DNA of 64,000 nucleotides from a virus (Duplodnaviria; Caudoviricetes): IMG/VR virus record IMGVR_UViG_2795385840_000015, positions 1 to 64,000 of that record; one strand, 5' to 3'. Shown piece by piece: positions 43,722 to 54,700 of this stretch (position 1 is its first letter; each line of letters starts with the position of its first letter). The notes under the pieces were generated by a model. It saw only the letters and a program-made list of their open reading frames with translations, ran no database searches and was not told where the DNA came from. The position numbers and the translations under genes were made by a program.

Positions 43722-45178
43722 GTTCTAATCTTATGGAGCTGCCATCGCGTTCGTTGACCTTGCCGTCGAGTATCGGTTCGCGTGATGTGGCTAAGTACAT
43801 TCACGATGTTGTTTGGCCTGCGTTTGATGGTGAGCGCGGGCGGTTGCAAGTCATTGATGCGTGGGCTGATGGCAATCAGCCTGACTATGCGCGTGTTGCG
43901 GCTAAGAGTCCGGAGAAGCGGGCGTTGTTCCGGCTGTCTAAGACTCCGTGGTTGCGGCTGGTGGTTACGACGTTCGCGCAGTGTCTTTATGTGTCGGGGT
44001 ATCGGCGCGAGGGGGATCGGGAGAACGCGGCGGGTCCGTGGCAGACGTGGATCGCTAACGCTATGCCGCACCGGCAGATCGGTTTGCATCGGTCGGCGTT
44101 GACGTATGGGTATGCGTTTGCGATGGCTGAGCAGGGTACGGCGCTGGATGGCGCGAATCAGGCTGTGTTGACGGCTTATTCGCCGCGCCGGTTGTTCGCT
44201 TTGTATGAGGACACGGTTAATGATCCGTGGCCTAAGTATGCGTTGACGTTGCAGCCTGACGGTAAGACGGTTCGGTTTTGGACTGATCAGGTCTATTACG
44301 AGCTGGATATGCCGTCGCCCAACGAGTTTCCGCGTCCTCCGCGTGTGGTGGAGCACAACATTGGGGTTTGTCCGGTGGTCCGCTACACGAACGTGATGGA
44401 TTTGGACGGTAAGACTCGGGGCGAGGTTGGCCCGCTGATTCCTGTGGCGACGCGTATCGACAAGACCGAACTGGATTTGCTTTATGCGCAGCATTACAAC
44501 TCTTTTAAGGTCAAGTACGCCACGGGTATCACAGATATGGCTGAGGCGACCGATGAAGAGGCAGAGGCGTTTAGGCGCAGGCTTGAGAATGACGATATCT
44601 TGGCTCACACGTCCGAGAATGCGAAGTTTGGGACCCTTGATGAGACGCCGTTGGATGGGTTTATTTCGTCTAAGCAGACGCATGTTGAGACGTTGGCTGC
44701 TATTGCGCAGTTGCCGTCTGATGTTTTGACCGGAAAGCTGGCGAATCTATCGGCTGAGGCTTTGGCGTCTGCGCGCGCTAACACCGAGGCGAAGCTAGCG
44801 GAGCGCAAGATGACTTTCGGGGCGTCGCATGCTCAATTGTTGCGTTTGTCTGCGCTTATCGAGGGCGATGCCGAGTCGGCTAATGACTTTACGGCTGATG
44901 TGCGTTGGGTTGATACGAGTATTCGTTCGCTTGCTCAGGCTGTTGATGCTTGGGGTAAGGCGGCTCAGATGCTCGGTATGCCGCGTGAGGAGTTGTGGGA
45001 GTTCGTTCCGGGTGTCGATGAGGCGAAGTTGCAGCAGATGAAAGAGCACGCGATGGATAACGACGAGCTGACGAACATGCTGCGTTATTACGGCATGCAA
45101 GATCCGAATGCGCGGGCGGTGTCTGATCCGGCGGAGCGCAAGGGTGTTCCGGGGGCTCAGCCCGCGTTTGCGGCCTAG
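43718..45178 (+). CDS. Portal protein (SPP1 gp6-like)
   Basis: Position; W.AN...H..AL.YG, GVCPVV, NLSAEAL, WE..PG. Confidence 0.92.
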   Translation: MSSNLMELPSRSLTLPSSIGSRDVAKYIHDVVWPAFDGERGRLQVIDAWADGNQPDYARVAAKSPEKRALFRLSKTPWLRLVVTTFAQCLYVSGYRREGDRENAAGPWQTWIANAMPHRQIGLHRSALTYGYAFAMAEQGTALDGANQAVLTAYSPRRLFALYEDTVNDPWPKYALTLQPDGKTVRFWTDQVYYELDMPSPNEFPRPPRVVEHNIGVCPVVRYTNVMDLDGKTRGEVGPLIPVATRIDKTELDLLYAQHYNSFKVKYATGITDMAEATDEEAEAFRRRLENDDILAHTSENAKFGTLDETPLDGFISSKQTHVETLAAIAQLPSDVLTGKLANLSAEALASARANTEAKLAERKMTFGASHAQLLRLSALIEGDAESANDFTADVRWVDTSIRSLAQAVDAWGKAAQMLGMPREELWEFVPGVDEAKLQQMKEHAMDNDELTNMLRYYGMQDPNARAVSDPAERKGVPGAQPAFAA

Positions 45179-45198
45179 TTTTTACTCGGGGGGTATTT

Positions 45199-46293
45199 GT
45201 GGCTACACGGCAAGGGGAGGCGGCTGAGAATCGATTTGAGCCGCTTCCCGAGCTGGCCGCGTTTTATGCGCAGCGACATATTCAGGATCAACAGAATGTG
45301 GCGGCTGCTACTGCTACCGGATTGGCGTTGTTGTGGCCGATTCTAAGTTACGGAAACCTAAGCCAGACGACGCCGGTTTGGGTTCATGCGACGACTCTTG
45401 AGATTGAGAAGCAATTCCGATTTTCAGAGGATTTGGCGTTTGAGTATGTGCAGGCCGCTAGGTGGTCTGTTAAGCCGGATGCACCGGCTTTAGCGAAGAT
45501 CCCGACCGCGTTCCCAACAGAGGATGTCCAGTTGGCGATGCAGGTTACGGGGCCTTACGCGATCAAAGCGAGGGTTGGCGATGCGCCCCCAGAAGGGGTG
45601 GTTGTTGACGACGTGATGTCGCAGGCGCGCACCAACACGACGGGTGTTGGGGTCAAGCATGCGATGAACGGTGGCCGTGGCGAGGTTCAGCAGCAGATCA
45701 GGGCTGAATTTGAGCAGGCGGTGGTGGCTGAGAACACGGCCAAAAAGGCCGGCGCATCGGTTACCGACTTGTCCGCGCGTCGGGCGGATCGGAAGGCCAT
45801 CGGCTATGCGCGGATGACGGATGATGATCCGTGTTATTTCTGCGCGATCTTGGCGTCGCAGGGCGCTACCTATTTGAATGAACATTCGTTTGATCTGTCA
45901 AATAGCAAGGTCCGCGATATTAAACGTAATGGACAGATTGTTGCTCACCGTCCGTTCGTTGGCGATGGTCCCGTGAAGGTGCATGACCATTGCCGCTGCC
46001 AGCTTAGGCCAGTTTATCGGAAAGCCGATGAGATGGATGAGCGCGCCAACTATTTCCTTGAGCAATGGAAAAAGTTTGGTGTAGGCGGCAAGGGTGATGA
46101 TGGCGTTTATCGGAGCGCTATGCAGAACTTTAGGCGTAGCTATGTCGCGCCGCCACCTTATAAGGAGTCGCCAGCGGTTGATATCGCTGCGGTTCGCGCC
46201 AACCGGGAGGCGCTTATTTCTGCCGGGTTTGCAGTTGATTCGGCGAACGTCCGTTTTTATGACCGTTCGCTTTCTTTACTAGAAGCAGTCTAG
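45199..46293 (+). CDS. MuF-like minor capsid/head maturation protein
   Basis: YAR....PC.FC..LAS.G...HDHCRC. Confidence 0.8.
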   Translation: MATRQGEAAENRFEPLPELAAFYAQRHIQDQQNVAAATATGLALLWPILSYGNLSQTTPVWVHATTLEIEKQFRFSEDLAFEYVQAARWSVKPDAPALAKIPTAFPTEDVQLAMQVTGPYAIKARVGDAPPEGVVVDDVMSQARTNTTGVGVKHAMNGGRGEVQQQIRAEFEQAVVAENTAKKAGASVTDLSARRADRKAIGYARMTDDDPCYFCAILASQGATYLNEHSFDLSNSKVRDIKRNGQIVAHRPFVGDGPVKVHDHCRCQLRPVYRKADEMDERANYFLEQWKKFGVGGKGDDGVYRSAMQNFRRSYVAPPPYKESPAVDIAAVRANREALISAGFAVDSANVRFYDRSLSLLEAV

Positions 46294-46349
46294 GGGGGCG
46301 TTACGGCCGCGCTCGTTTATTGGCCGGGTTTTGTGGGGGAATTTTTCTA

Positions 46350-46976
46350 ATGAGTGATCTTGATTTGACGACGCCAGAGGGCGGTGTGGCTGCGGCTGAG
46401 TCTGCGGCTGATAGTGCAGGTTCAGATGTCCGCGCGGGATCTGAAAGCGGCGCTAGCTCTGGCGGTGGTGAGTTTAAGGCCATCACGTCGCAAGAAGCTC
46501 TCGACGCTATTTTGACAAAGCGGTTGGAGCGTGCCGAGAAGGCTAGCTCTAAGAAGTATGGCGAGACGATCAAGTCTCTTGAGGACAAGATCGCGGCTTT
46601 CGAGACCGAGAAGCTTTCGGAGTCGGAGAAGCTACAGAAACGGCTAGAGGACGCGGAGAAGTTGGCGTCTGAGAGGGCCGGTGAACTGACCAAGTTGCAG
46701 CGTGAGCGCCAGGTGTTTGATCTTGCGCAGGAGCATGAGTTGCCGCGTGCGCTTTGGGATCGGGTTCGTGGGGACACGGATGAGGAAATTCTTGCCGATA
46801 TTGAGGCTCTTAAGGGTGTTCTGCCCGGTAAGCCAGAGACCAAAGGCGGATTTCCACAGGGGCCGACTCGTACGACTGTGACGCCTACGGGCGATGCAGC
46901 CGATCCGGGTGACCTGACTGCCGACGACATTTTGAAGTCGCTTTCTTATTCCGCGTTTCCGCAGTCGTCTTACTAA
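46350..46976 (+). CDS. Scaffolding protein
   Basis: SQEALDAI...RL.R...SE.EK coiled coil; position. Confidence 0.85.
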   Translation: MSDLDLTTPEGGVAAAESAADSAGSDVRAGSESGASSGGGEFKAITSQEALDAILTKRLERAEKASSKKYGETIKSLEDKIAAFETEKLSESEKLQKRLEDAEKLASERAGELTKLQRERQVFDLAQEHELPRALWDRVRGDTDEEILADIEALKGVLPGKPETKGGFPQGPTRTTVTPTGDAADPGDLTADDILKSLSYSAFPQSSY

Positions 46977-47013
46977 TTGTTGAACAACTAAATAAAGAAT
47001 CGGGGGGAGACTT

Positions 47014-48183
47014 TTGTCTCACATTTTTGTTAAGCCGTCGCTAGTGATTGAGACGGCTGTGAAGGTTCTGCGTCGGCAGATCGTTTTGCCTAATTACGTT
47101 CTTGCGAACGCTTTGGGCGATTTCGGGGGTTCTGCGAATGACACGATCAATGTGCGTGTCGGCGCGGTTATGGATTCGCGTACTCGTAAGTTCCGTGGCA
47201 CTGGCGCTGAGCGCAAGGTGGTTATGGATGATCTAACCGAGACCAGCTTCCCTGTCACGTTGGATGACGTTATCTACAACGCTGTCACGTTGACTGATGA
47301 GCAGTTGACGTTGGATATTAAAGATTTCATCGAGCAGGTTATTGTGCCTCAGGTCGGTGGTGTCGCTTACGGTATCGAAAATTACTTGTACAAGCTGATT
47401 TCTTCGGCTCCGTATCAGGATACGCACTGGATTAATCCAGAGGACACGTTCCCGGCATTCGTGGATGCTCGGCGTGCTTTGAATGACGAGAATGTCGAAT
47501 ACAACGACCGTGTGATGATCGTTGGTTCGGCTGTCGAGTCTGCGTTGCTGAAAGATCCGCAGTTCCGGCGTTACGACGCTACGGGTTCCGAGCAGGCCGA
47601 CGCCTTGCGTCAGGCTCACATCGGCAACGTGGCTGGTCTACCGGTGTTGCGTTCTAACGCTTTGAAGCCCGATGAGGCTTTCGAGTGGCAGCGCAACGCG
47701 TTCATCTATATCAACCGTGCGCCTAAGAAGCCTTTCTCTACGGCTATCAACGCTTACGGCTCGTACGCGGCTTCTAACGCGGCGTTCCGTTGGCTGGCTG
47801 ACTACGACTTCGACAACTTGGCTGACCGGTCGTTGCTCGATACGTATGTCGGTTCGCGGGTGGTTTTGGAGCGTGACGGACGTTTCGTGCGTGGCGTGCG
47901 TTTGCAGCTGGCGGCTACTGGCATTTCTATCCCTAACCAGGGATTGACGGTTACGGCTGCTGCGGGTCCGAACAACACTGCAAAGGTGAAGGTTCTGGAC
48001 TCGAATGGTGTTGACGTGACGGCTAAGTCAACGTTCAAGTCTGGCACCGAGGCTAAGGCTACGGTTGTGGCTGACGGAACGGTCACGGGTGTCGCTACCG
48101 GCACGTCGGTGATTACCGCTACCTACAATCCACCGCAGGGCGGGGCTGCTGTGACGGCCACCGTGACGGCGAACGTGGTCTAG
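47014..48183 (+). CDS. Major capsid protein with C-terminal Ig-like domain
   Basis: DF.G..NDTI, LTDE.LTLDI.DF; VATV..G.VTGVA.GT..ITATY-type tail. Confidence 0.92.
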   Translation: MSHIFVKPSLVIETAVKVLRRQIVLPNYVLANALGDFGGSANDTINVRVGAVMDSRTRKFRGTGAERKVVMDDLTETSFPVTLDDVIYNAVTLTDEQLTLDIKDFIEQVIVPQVGGVAYGIENYLYKLISSAPYQDTHWINPEDTFPAFVDARRALNDENVEYNDRVMIVGSAVESALLKDPQFRRYDATGSEQADALRQAHIGNVAGLPVLRSNALKPDEAFEWQRNAFIYINRAPKKPFSTAINAYGSYAASNAAFRWLADYDFDNLADRSLLDTYVGSRVVLERDGRFVRGVRLQLAATGISIPNQGLTVTAAAGPNNTAKVKVLDSNGVDVTAKSTFKSGTEAKATVVADGTVTGVATGTSVITATYNPPQGGAAVTATVTANVV

Positions 48184-48193
48184 GACGGTCGCT

Positions 48194-48670
48194 GTGGGTG
48201 CATTGGCGACTGTTGATGACCTACAGACCTTGATGGGTGTGACATTCACTCCAGAGCAGCGCGGCCAGGCCGAGTTTGTTCTGAGCATGGTGTCTGCGTG
48301 GGCGCGGGGGTATTCCGGTCAATCGTGGCCGGACCCCGCGTCCGCACCCGAGGATGTGCATTGGGTGGTGTTGTCGGCCGCTAAGCGCGAGCTGCGTAAC
48401 CCTGACCGGGTGGTTTCTAAAGATAAGGGACCGTTTTCGGTTACTTACGATAAGCCGCCGGATGGGGCGTTCTTGCCGGCGGAGTTGGCGATTCTGCGGA
48501 GGTTCCGTGGCGGGGGTGGTCTGTTCACGGTGAAGTTCGGCAGGTCGGATACCACGGTTGATCCGTATGCGTTCGGTAAAGACGGGTTCCTAATCGACGG
48601 GGCGGGTGGCGACCCAATTCCCTACTACCGGCGCGATGAGCCTGGCTGGGAGGATTCGTACCATTTCTGA
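48194..48670 (+). CDS. Head-to-tail adaptor
   Basis: LATVDD...R.LRNP...GPFS. Confidence 0.8.
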   Translation: MGALATVDDLQTLMGVTFTPEQRGQAEFVLSMVSAWARGYSGQSWPDPASAPEDVHWVVLSAAKRELRNPDRVVSKDKGPFSVTYDKPPDGAFLPAELAILRRFRGGGGLFTVKFGRSDTTVDPYAFGKDGFLIDGAGGDPIPYYRRDEPGWEDSYHF

Positions 48671-48989
48671 GACTCTTACGGTTATCCGGGGTGGCTCGGA
48701 TAAGTACGGTAATCCGAACAAGCAGCCTCACGGCACTATTCAAGGTCTGATTGGTTGGGGGACGAGTCGCGGGGCTTTCTTCAAGGACTTGCGGGGCGAG
48801 TCCAACAAGATTAGTGCGACTTTGTTTGTGCGTAAGGGCACCGATGTTCAGGTTCGTGATCGCATTGTTCGGAAAAACGGTCAGAAGTTCATTGTCGGGC
48901 CGGTCATGTGGGATGAACCGGAGCCTTTCGGCGGTGATCCTTTCCTGGATGAGGACGTGGTTCACCTGTTGGAATCGGATAACGGCTAA
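48636..48989 (+). CDS. Head-to-tail stopper
   Basis: D.YGNP...; synteny. Confidence 0.7.
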   Translation: MSLAGRIRTISETLTVIRGGSDKYGNPNKQPHGTIQGLIGWGTSRGAFFKDLRGESNKISATLFVRKGTDVQVRDRIVRKNGQKFIVGPVMWDEPEPFGGDPFLDEDVVHLLESDNG

Positions 48990-49001
48990 GGGGGTATCGC
49001 T

Positions 49002-49397
49002 GTGGCTGCTAAGACGGGGCCTGGCGGTGGCTATCTGCTTGATGACATCGATGTGCCTGCGTACAACGCGGGGGCTGCTAGGTGGATGAATACCTCTCCG
49101 GTGCTGGGTGGCTACTTGGCGCATATCGGTGAGGAGGTGGTGCGGTTGTATGCGGCGAAAGTTGCTAAGCGCACTGGTGATCTGTCGAGGTCTGGTGAGG
49201 TTCGGGTGTTGCCGGATGGTGGGCATAAGAAGGACCGTCAGGTTGCGATTGTGACTGTTGGCGGTCTTTTGGCCGCTAAGACCTGGAAGGGTGCACCGTT
49301 CTATTACGGGGTTCTGCACAACTTCGGTTCTCCTACTAAGGAGCAGTTCCAGGCGCATAACGATCTGCGGGAAGCGGTGCTTGCACTGCGAATGTAA
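49002..49397 (+). CDS. Tail completion/neck protein (HK97 gp10-like)
   Basis: RTG.L...Y....FG; synteny. Confidence 0.7.
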   Translation: MAAKTGPGGGYLLDDIDVPAYNAGAARWMNTSPVLGGYLAHIGEEVVRLYAAKVAKRTGDLSRSGEVRVLPDGGHKKDRQVAIVTVGGLLAAKTWKGAPFYYGVLHNFGSPTKEQFQAHNDLREAVLALRM

Positions 49398-49409
49398 TTA
49401 GGGGGTTGC

Positions 49410-49886
49410 ATGGTCACACTCCCAGGGTGGTTCAAAAGCAATTTCGTGAACGTCGAGAATTTGATGATCGATATTTTCACGAAAGTGTTTCCCGATATTG
49501 AGTCGGGGTGTTGGACTCCGGAAGACTGGCTTGATCAGGTGCAGCCTGATCCTGTGTTGAAGTTCTTTCGCATGCCGGGCGGTCGGGTTGATTGGCAGCG
49601 TGGTTTCGATGAGTGCTTTATCCAAGCTACGGCGGTCACTAATTCACGTGATGAGTCGTGGGACGTTATGTCGGTTGTGCGAGCGGTACTTCTGCCTATG
49701 CAGGGGTACAAGTTCACAATGGCCGATGGTTTCACGGCCCAGATTCACACGGTTGAAGAGGTGTTGGGGCCGCAATTGTTGATGCCTAATCAGCAGTTGG
49801 ATACCCGCGTAGTTAATTGCCAGTTCAGGGTAAGTGTTGGTTTGCGTTCGCGCGATAACTATTTGAGGGAAGTCGCTGCCCTCTGA
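49410..49886 (+). CDS. Tail terminator
   Basis: Synteny before major tail; R.GG...R..SW. Confidence 0.75.
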   Translation: MVTLPGWFKSNFVNVENLMIDIFTKVFPDIESGCWTPEDWLDQVQPDPVLKFFRMPGGRVDWQRGFDECFIQATAVTNSRDESWDVMSVVRAVLLPMQGYKFTMADGFTAQIHTVEEVLGPQLLMPNQQLDTRVVNCQFRVSVGLRSRDNYLREVAAL

Positions 49887-49928
49887 TTTAGCGACATTCA
49901 TAACTGAATACAGAAAGAACAACTAAAT

Positions 49929-50825
49929 ATGGATTTTTACACGTTGAAGGATGCGCAGGCAGATCTTGCGATTGCGCCTCTTAATTTGACGGTGTTCCTT
50001 GCTCCGTATTCGGTGACTCCGGCTTTGACGTTGGAAGATCCTACGGACGGCTCGTTGTCTATTCCTGCTGGTTACAAGTCTGTGGGCCATTTCGAGAAGA
50101 AGGCCGGTCTTACGCTTGGTAACGAGTTCGATTCCAAGGATATTGAGGCGTTCGGTGAGCCGGACCCGATTCGGTCGATTATTTCGAAGCGTACGACGAC
50201 GTTTGATTTCTCGATGTTCCAGAATCAGCGCAATGTTCTTGAGTTGATTTGGACCGAGGACTTCTCGGATGTCACGCCGTCGCCGTTTGGTGGCATTGTT
50301 CTTGAGGCTCCTAAGGTGCCTAAGAACATCTACTACCGTGCGATTTTGTGCGGTTTGGATGACCGGAACAACGAGGAGCTTTGGACCTACTGGCTGTTGC
50401 CTAAGGTGAAGCTGGACAAGCTGGACAACCAGACGCTTAATGACGACAACGTTATTGAGTACAAGCCTACGTTGAAGGCTTTCCGTGATGACACGGTTGG
50501 TTATTCGGTGGCTCAGGGGTTCGCGGGGCCGGGTTGGCGTTCGATCATCGATAAGGCTGGTTTCGCGGCTTCGTTGACGGCGCTTGAGGTTTCGCCGCCT
50601 ACGCCGTCTGTCACGGTTGCTTCGGGTGCGTCGCACACGGTGCAGCTGGTTGTGCAGGGTGATAACGGGATCAACTACACGCCGGATTGCAAGTTTAAGT
50701 CGTCTGCGTCTGATAAGGCGTCTGTTTCGGCTTCGGGCTTGGTGACGGGTGTTGCGCCTGGTACGGCGAGCATTACGGCGACTAAGGGAGCTAAGTCGGC
50801 TTCGGTGACCGTAACGGTTACTTAG
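49929..50825 (+). CDS. Major tail protein with C-terminal Ig-like domain
   Basis: GY.SVG...G, .G..P.R; Big_2-like C-terminus. Confidence 0.9.
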   Translation: MDFYTLKDAQADLAIAPLNLTVFLAPYSVTPALTLEDPTDGSLSIPAGYKSVGHFEKKAGLTLGNEFDSKDIEAFGEPDPIRSIISKRTTTFDFSMFQNQRNVLELIWTEDFSDVTPSPFGGIVLEAPKVPKNIYYRAILCGLDDRNNEELWTYWLLPKVKLDKLDNQTLNDDNVIEYKPTLKAFRDDTVGYSVAQGFAGPGWRSIIDKAGFAASLTALEVSPPTPSVTVASGASHTVQLVVQGDNGINYTPDCKFKSSASDKASVSASGLVTGVAPGTASITATKGAKSASVTVTVT

Positions 50826-50830
50826 GCGAG

Positions 50831-50876
50831 GGAATAGGGGGAGTGGCCTTGCCGGGTTGCTCCCCCTATTTCTTTT
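50831..50876 (+). terminator. Intrinsic terminator
   Basis: GGAATAGGGGGAG/CTCCCCCTATTTC stem followed by TTTT. Confidence 0.75.
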
Positions 50877-50913
50877 CTACACATTTATACACATTTATAG
50901 GGGGAAACTAGTA

Positions 50914-51234
50914 ATGGGTGCACAGGGGATTTCTGGCCGCGATCTGAAGGTTGTTGAGGACGCTGTTAGCGATTTCTTCGCTGAGTTGGTTGAGTCGGTG
51001 CGGGTTCCGGAGCCTTTGAAGGTTACGAATAAGATCACGCTTAAGTGCCCGACCAAAAAGCAGGTGTCGGACCTTTTGAAGGCGACGACGGAGGAAGAGG
51101 CTCAGAAGATCATCTTTGGCTCGGCATATGCAGAGGCTATGAAGCTGTTCGATAACCGACCTGTTCAGCTGTGGAACAAGTTTATGGAGAAGTACAATGC
51201 GCACTTCTTCGGGGATAGCGATAAGGGAAAATAG
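50914..51234 (+). CDS. Tail assembly chaperone (short form)
   Basis: Between major tail and tape measure; ends GGA AAA TAG. Confidence 0.85.
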   Translation: MGAQGISGRDLKVVEDAVSDFFAELVESVRVPEPLKVTNKITLKCPTKKQVSDLLKATTEEEAQKIIFGSAYAEAMKLFDNRPVQLWNKFMEKYNAHFFGDSDKGK

Positions 51235-51743
51235 GCACGGTCGCTGAGTTGGTCGGTAGGTATTGGCGCGCGATTGAGTGGGATTTTCAACACTTGCTCG
51301 GCGTCAATGCCTTGGACTACTTCGCGGCCCCGTGTCGGTGCGCTCAGTGCCGTACCAGTGTCACTGACTATGCGTCTCGCCGGGATTGGGGTCAGTTCAT
51401 CCGGTTCTACGAGACCTGCAATGGCAAGCGTGGGTCGTACTGCCAGGCTGCGGCGTTGACAGACCCGCAGGTAATCGACTTGCAGGCGTCGGCTCCGGAG
51501 TCTGATTGGGAGCCTGGTCCTCCGCCGTTGTTCGGGTGGTCTGCGGAGATTGACGCGTTGACCAATATTGCTGACCAGTTGATTGCGTCGAGGTCGGCGG
51601 GTGCTCCGGACGTTAAGTACTACCCGCGTCCTGTTATCCCCGCCGAGAAGGAACGTAAGAGGCGTAAGGCGGATAAGCAGGAAACCGGTCTTGAGGCGGC
51701 TATGGAGCGTGGCCTTAGAGCGGCCGAATTGAATTACAAATGA
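50914..51743 (+). CDS. Tail assembly chaperone, -1 frameshifted long form
   Basis: Slippery GGGAAAA at 51225-51231; the -1 frame continues IGTVAELVGRYW... into ORF 51249-51743. Confidence 0.85.
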
Positions 51744-51780
51744 TCTTTTTATAACTGAATATTGAATATAGGGGGCTGTT

Positions 51781-54700
51781 GTGGCGGCTGAATTTGTTGC
51801 CGCGCAGGCATCGGTTCACATTGTTCCTTCGTTGAAGGATTTCCGCAGTCGATTGCGGGCTCAATTGGCGACAGTTGAGCAGTCGGTCAGTGTCGAGGTT
51901 AAGGCGCAGACGGCGAAGGCTCTTGCCGAGATTAAGGCGGCGAAAGAGCTTGCGGAGCGTGACCCGATTGATTTGCAGGTAAAGCTTAGGTTCGACGCTA
52001 AAAAGCCGCTGACTGAGATTCGACATGTTTATCAGGATCTTAAGGCGGACATGCTTAAGGGTCTCAAGCTGAACATCATGGTTGCGGGTGCTACGCAACT
52101 AAGTCAGCTTGGGGTGGCTTTGGCAGCCCTAAATACATCTGTTGTGGAACTGGGGCAGTCGGCCCTGTTGCTTCCGGGCATCTTTTCTGGCGTCGCATCC
52201 AGTGTCGGCGCTTTGGCGGTGGGTACCCGTGGAGTCACTGACGCATTTAAGGCGTATTCGAATGCGCAGAAGGATTCGGCGGATGCTGCGCGCCAGCAGG
52301 TGCAGGCGAACCGGAACGTGGCTGATGCGACGTTGCAGCTGGATAGGGCTGTTAAGGACGCCAAGCGCAACTTGGAGGATTTGAACTCACAGTTGCGTGA
52401 TGCGCCTCTTGATGAGGCCGAGGCGGTACTGAACGTTCAGGAGGCCCGGCAGGAGGCGGCTAAGACCTTCGGCAAGTCGGCGTTGCAGATGCAGCGGGAC
52501 AACCTGAATGTCCAAAAGTCTGAGGCTCGGCTTGCCGAGACGCGGCGACGGAATGCGCGGCTGATTGATGATGTGGCCGAGGCCAACGCTAAGGGTGTCC
52601 GGAACAGTGACAACGTTGTGGCAGCGCTTAACAGGCTGTCCACTGCTTCGGAAGAGGCTGGAAAATCTTCTGGGGCGCTTAAGGAATGGCAAGACGCGAT
52701 GGGACGTCTGTCGCCGGAGGCCCGCAATTTTGTGACTCAGCTGACCGCGATGTCTGGCCAGTGGGACACGTTGCGGCAGAGCGTCCAGGATGGCTTGTTT
52801 GCAGGGCTCGGTGAAGATGTGCGCCAGCTTGGCGAGGTCGGACTGCCGGTGCTCAACCGGGGACTGACTTCTATTGCCTCGGGTATCAATTCGAACCTTA
52901 AGACTGCGATTGCGTCGCTGCGACAGGGCAGCAATTTGTCGATGATCGAATCCATCTTCGGTAGCACTGCGGACGCGCAGCAGCGACTTGATGGCGCGAT
53001 CAATCCCATGGTGGACGCGTTTTTGCGGTTGTCCACGGTTGGTGCATCGCATCTGCCGAGGTTGGCGACTGCGTTTGGCGATGTTATGCGCCGGTTCGAC
53101 ACGTTCATTAAGCGGGCGTCTGCTGACGGATCGTTGGATCGTTGGATTTCACGTGGGGAGAAGTCTCTTAAGGATCTTGGTAACTCGCTGATCAACATCG
53201 GTTCGATTATGCACACGATCAGCGACATTTTCGTTGGATCTAACGGTAAGGGCCTGTTGGCCAGCTTGGAGTCTGGAACTAAGCGGCTGTCGGAGTATCT
53301 GAAAACCGTTGAGGGACATAACAAGGTTCGGCAGTTCTTCTTGGATGCGCGCGCCGAGTTTGAGCGGTGGAAGCCGGTCCTTAGCGATGTGTGGGCCATT
53401 ATCAGGAACGTCAAAGACGGTGTAATGGCCTGGGGTGGAACGGTGTTGCCGGTTCTGCGCACTGTGTCTCAGTTGTTGGCAGGCGTGCCTGGCTTGGCTG
53501 CCGCGATCACCTACGCGATTCTTGGCTGGCGGACACTTTCGCCGGTTTTCCAGGGCGTGAATAAGGCCCTTGGCCTTATTGATATGGACTTCCGGAACGT
53601 TGTGAAGTCTGTTGGCGAGGGCAAGGGCTTCACTGGGAAGCTGCGCGTGCTGGCGAATGTGCTTGGCACGGGCGGTGCTTTGGCTGTCGCATCGGTGGCA
53701 GCGGGCGGGATTCTGTACACGCTGGCCGACAAGCAGGACATGGCCGCTACTAAGGCTAGTCGTCACGCAGATGAGATTCGGCGGTTGCGGTCTGAGCTGA
53801 ACAGCCTTACCGGCGAGCTGACGAATCAGGGCTTGATTGACAAGCTAAACGCGTTGGGTGAGTACAAACCCGAGTCGGGTTGGCGTGGTGATTCGATCGA
53901 CATTCCAAAGCAGGCCGAGAAGGTCGGTATCGACCGAAACAAGCTGGGGCAGATCCTTACTCCGCGACAGGAGGCGGCGCGCAACGCAGAGTTGGGCCGT
54001 CTGGACAAGATCACCGAGGGTGCGCTTACTGGGACGGACTACTGGAAAAAGAACCATGAGGCTTTCGAGAAGGTCGGTATTAGTTCCGATGTTCTTGCTA
54101 AGGCTTTGGGTGGCGATCAGCAGGCCATTGACAAGTTCAATGCGGCGTTCGCGGCCGGTCAAATTCCAGGTGGCGGGCCAGCTTCGCTGCATCCGGATTC
54201 GTACACGCTGGCTGATATTCAGCAGGGCGCGAACCGTATGGGTAAGCGAGTGTTGCCAGGCTTGGGCGACCAGGCCCAGTCTGCCTCTCAGGTGGCCGGC
54301 GCGGTACGTAGCAATGTCGCTGGTTCTAATGAGGTGTCTACCGACATCCGTAAGAACAACGCGGCTGCCGGTGGCGGTGAGGTAACTCTTAAGCCAGACA
54401 ATCCGTTCCGTGGCTTGAATGTTGATAAGGCTTACCGTGATCCGGTCAGGGGTGGCGGCGCGGTTGTGTTGAACACTCCGTTCGCTCAGTTGCCGGAGCA
54501 ACTTGTCAAAGATGTTGAGGCTAACAGTGGCACGGTAGAGCCGCTGGATGGTGGTCTGCGGTCGCAGGTCACGATGACTAGGGACCGTTTCGAGCTGTAT
54601 GCGGGCGGTAAGCCCTTTGGCCCGTACGTTGGTGCGCATAAGGCTGGCGGACTCTTATCGGGGCCTGGTACGGGCACCTCGGATTCGATGTTGGCTCGCG

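Noticed and set aside
43646-44683. Long antisense ORFs in structural and replication genes (also 12526, 55537, 60582)
   Set aside because: Expected by-products of high-GC codon bias opposite real genes.
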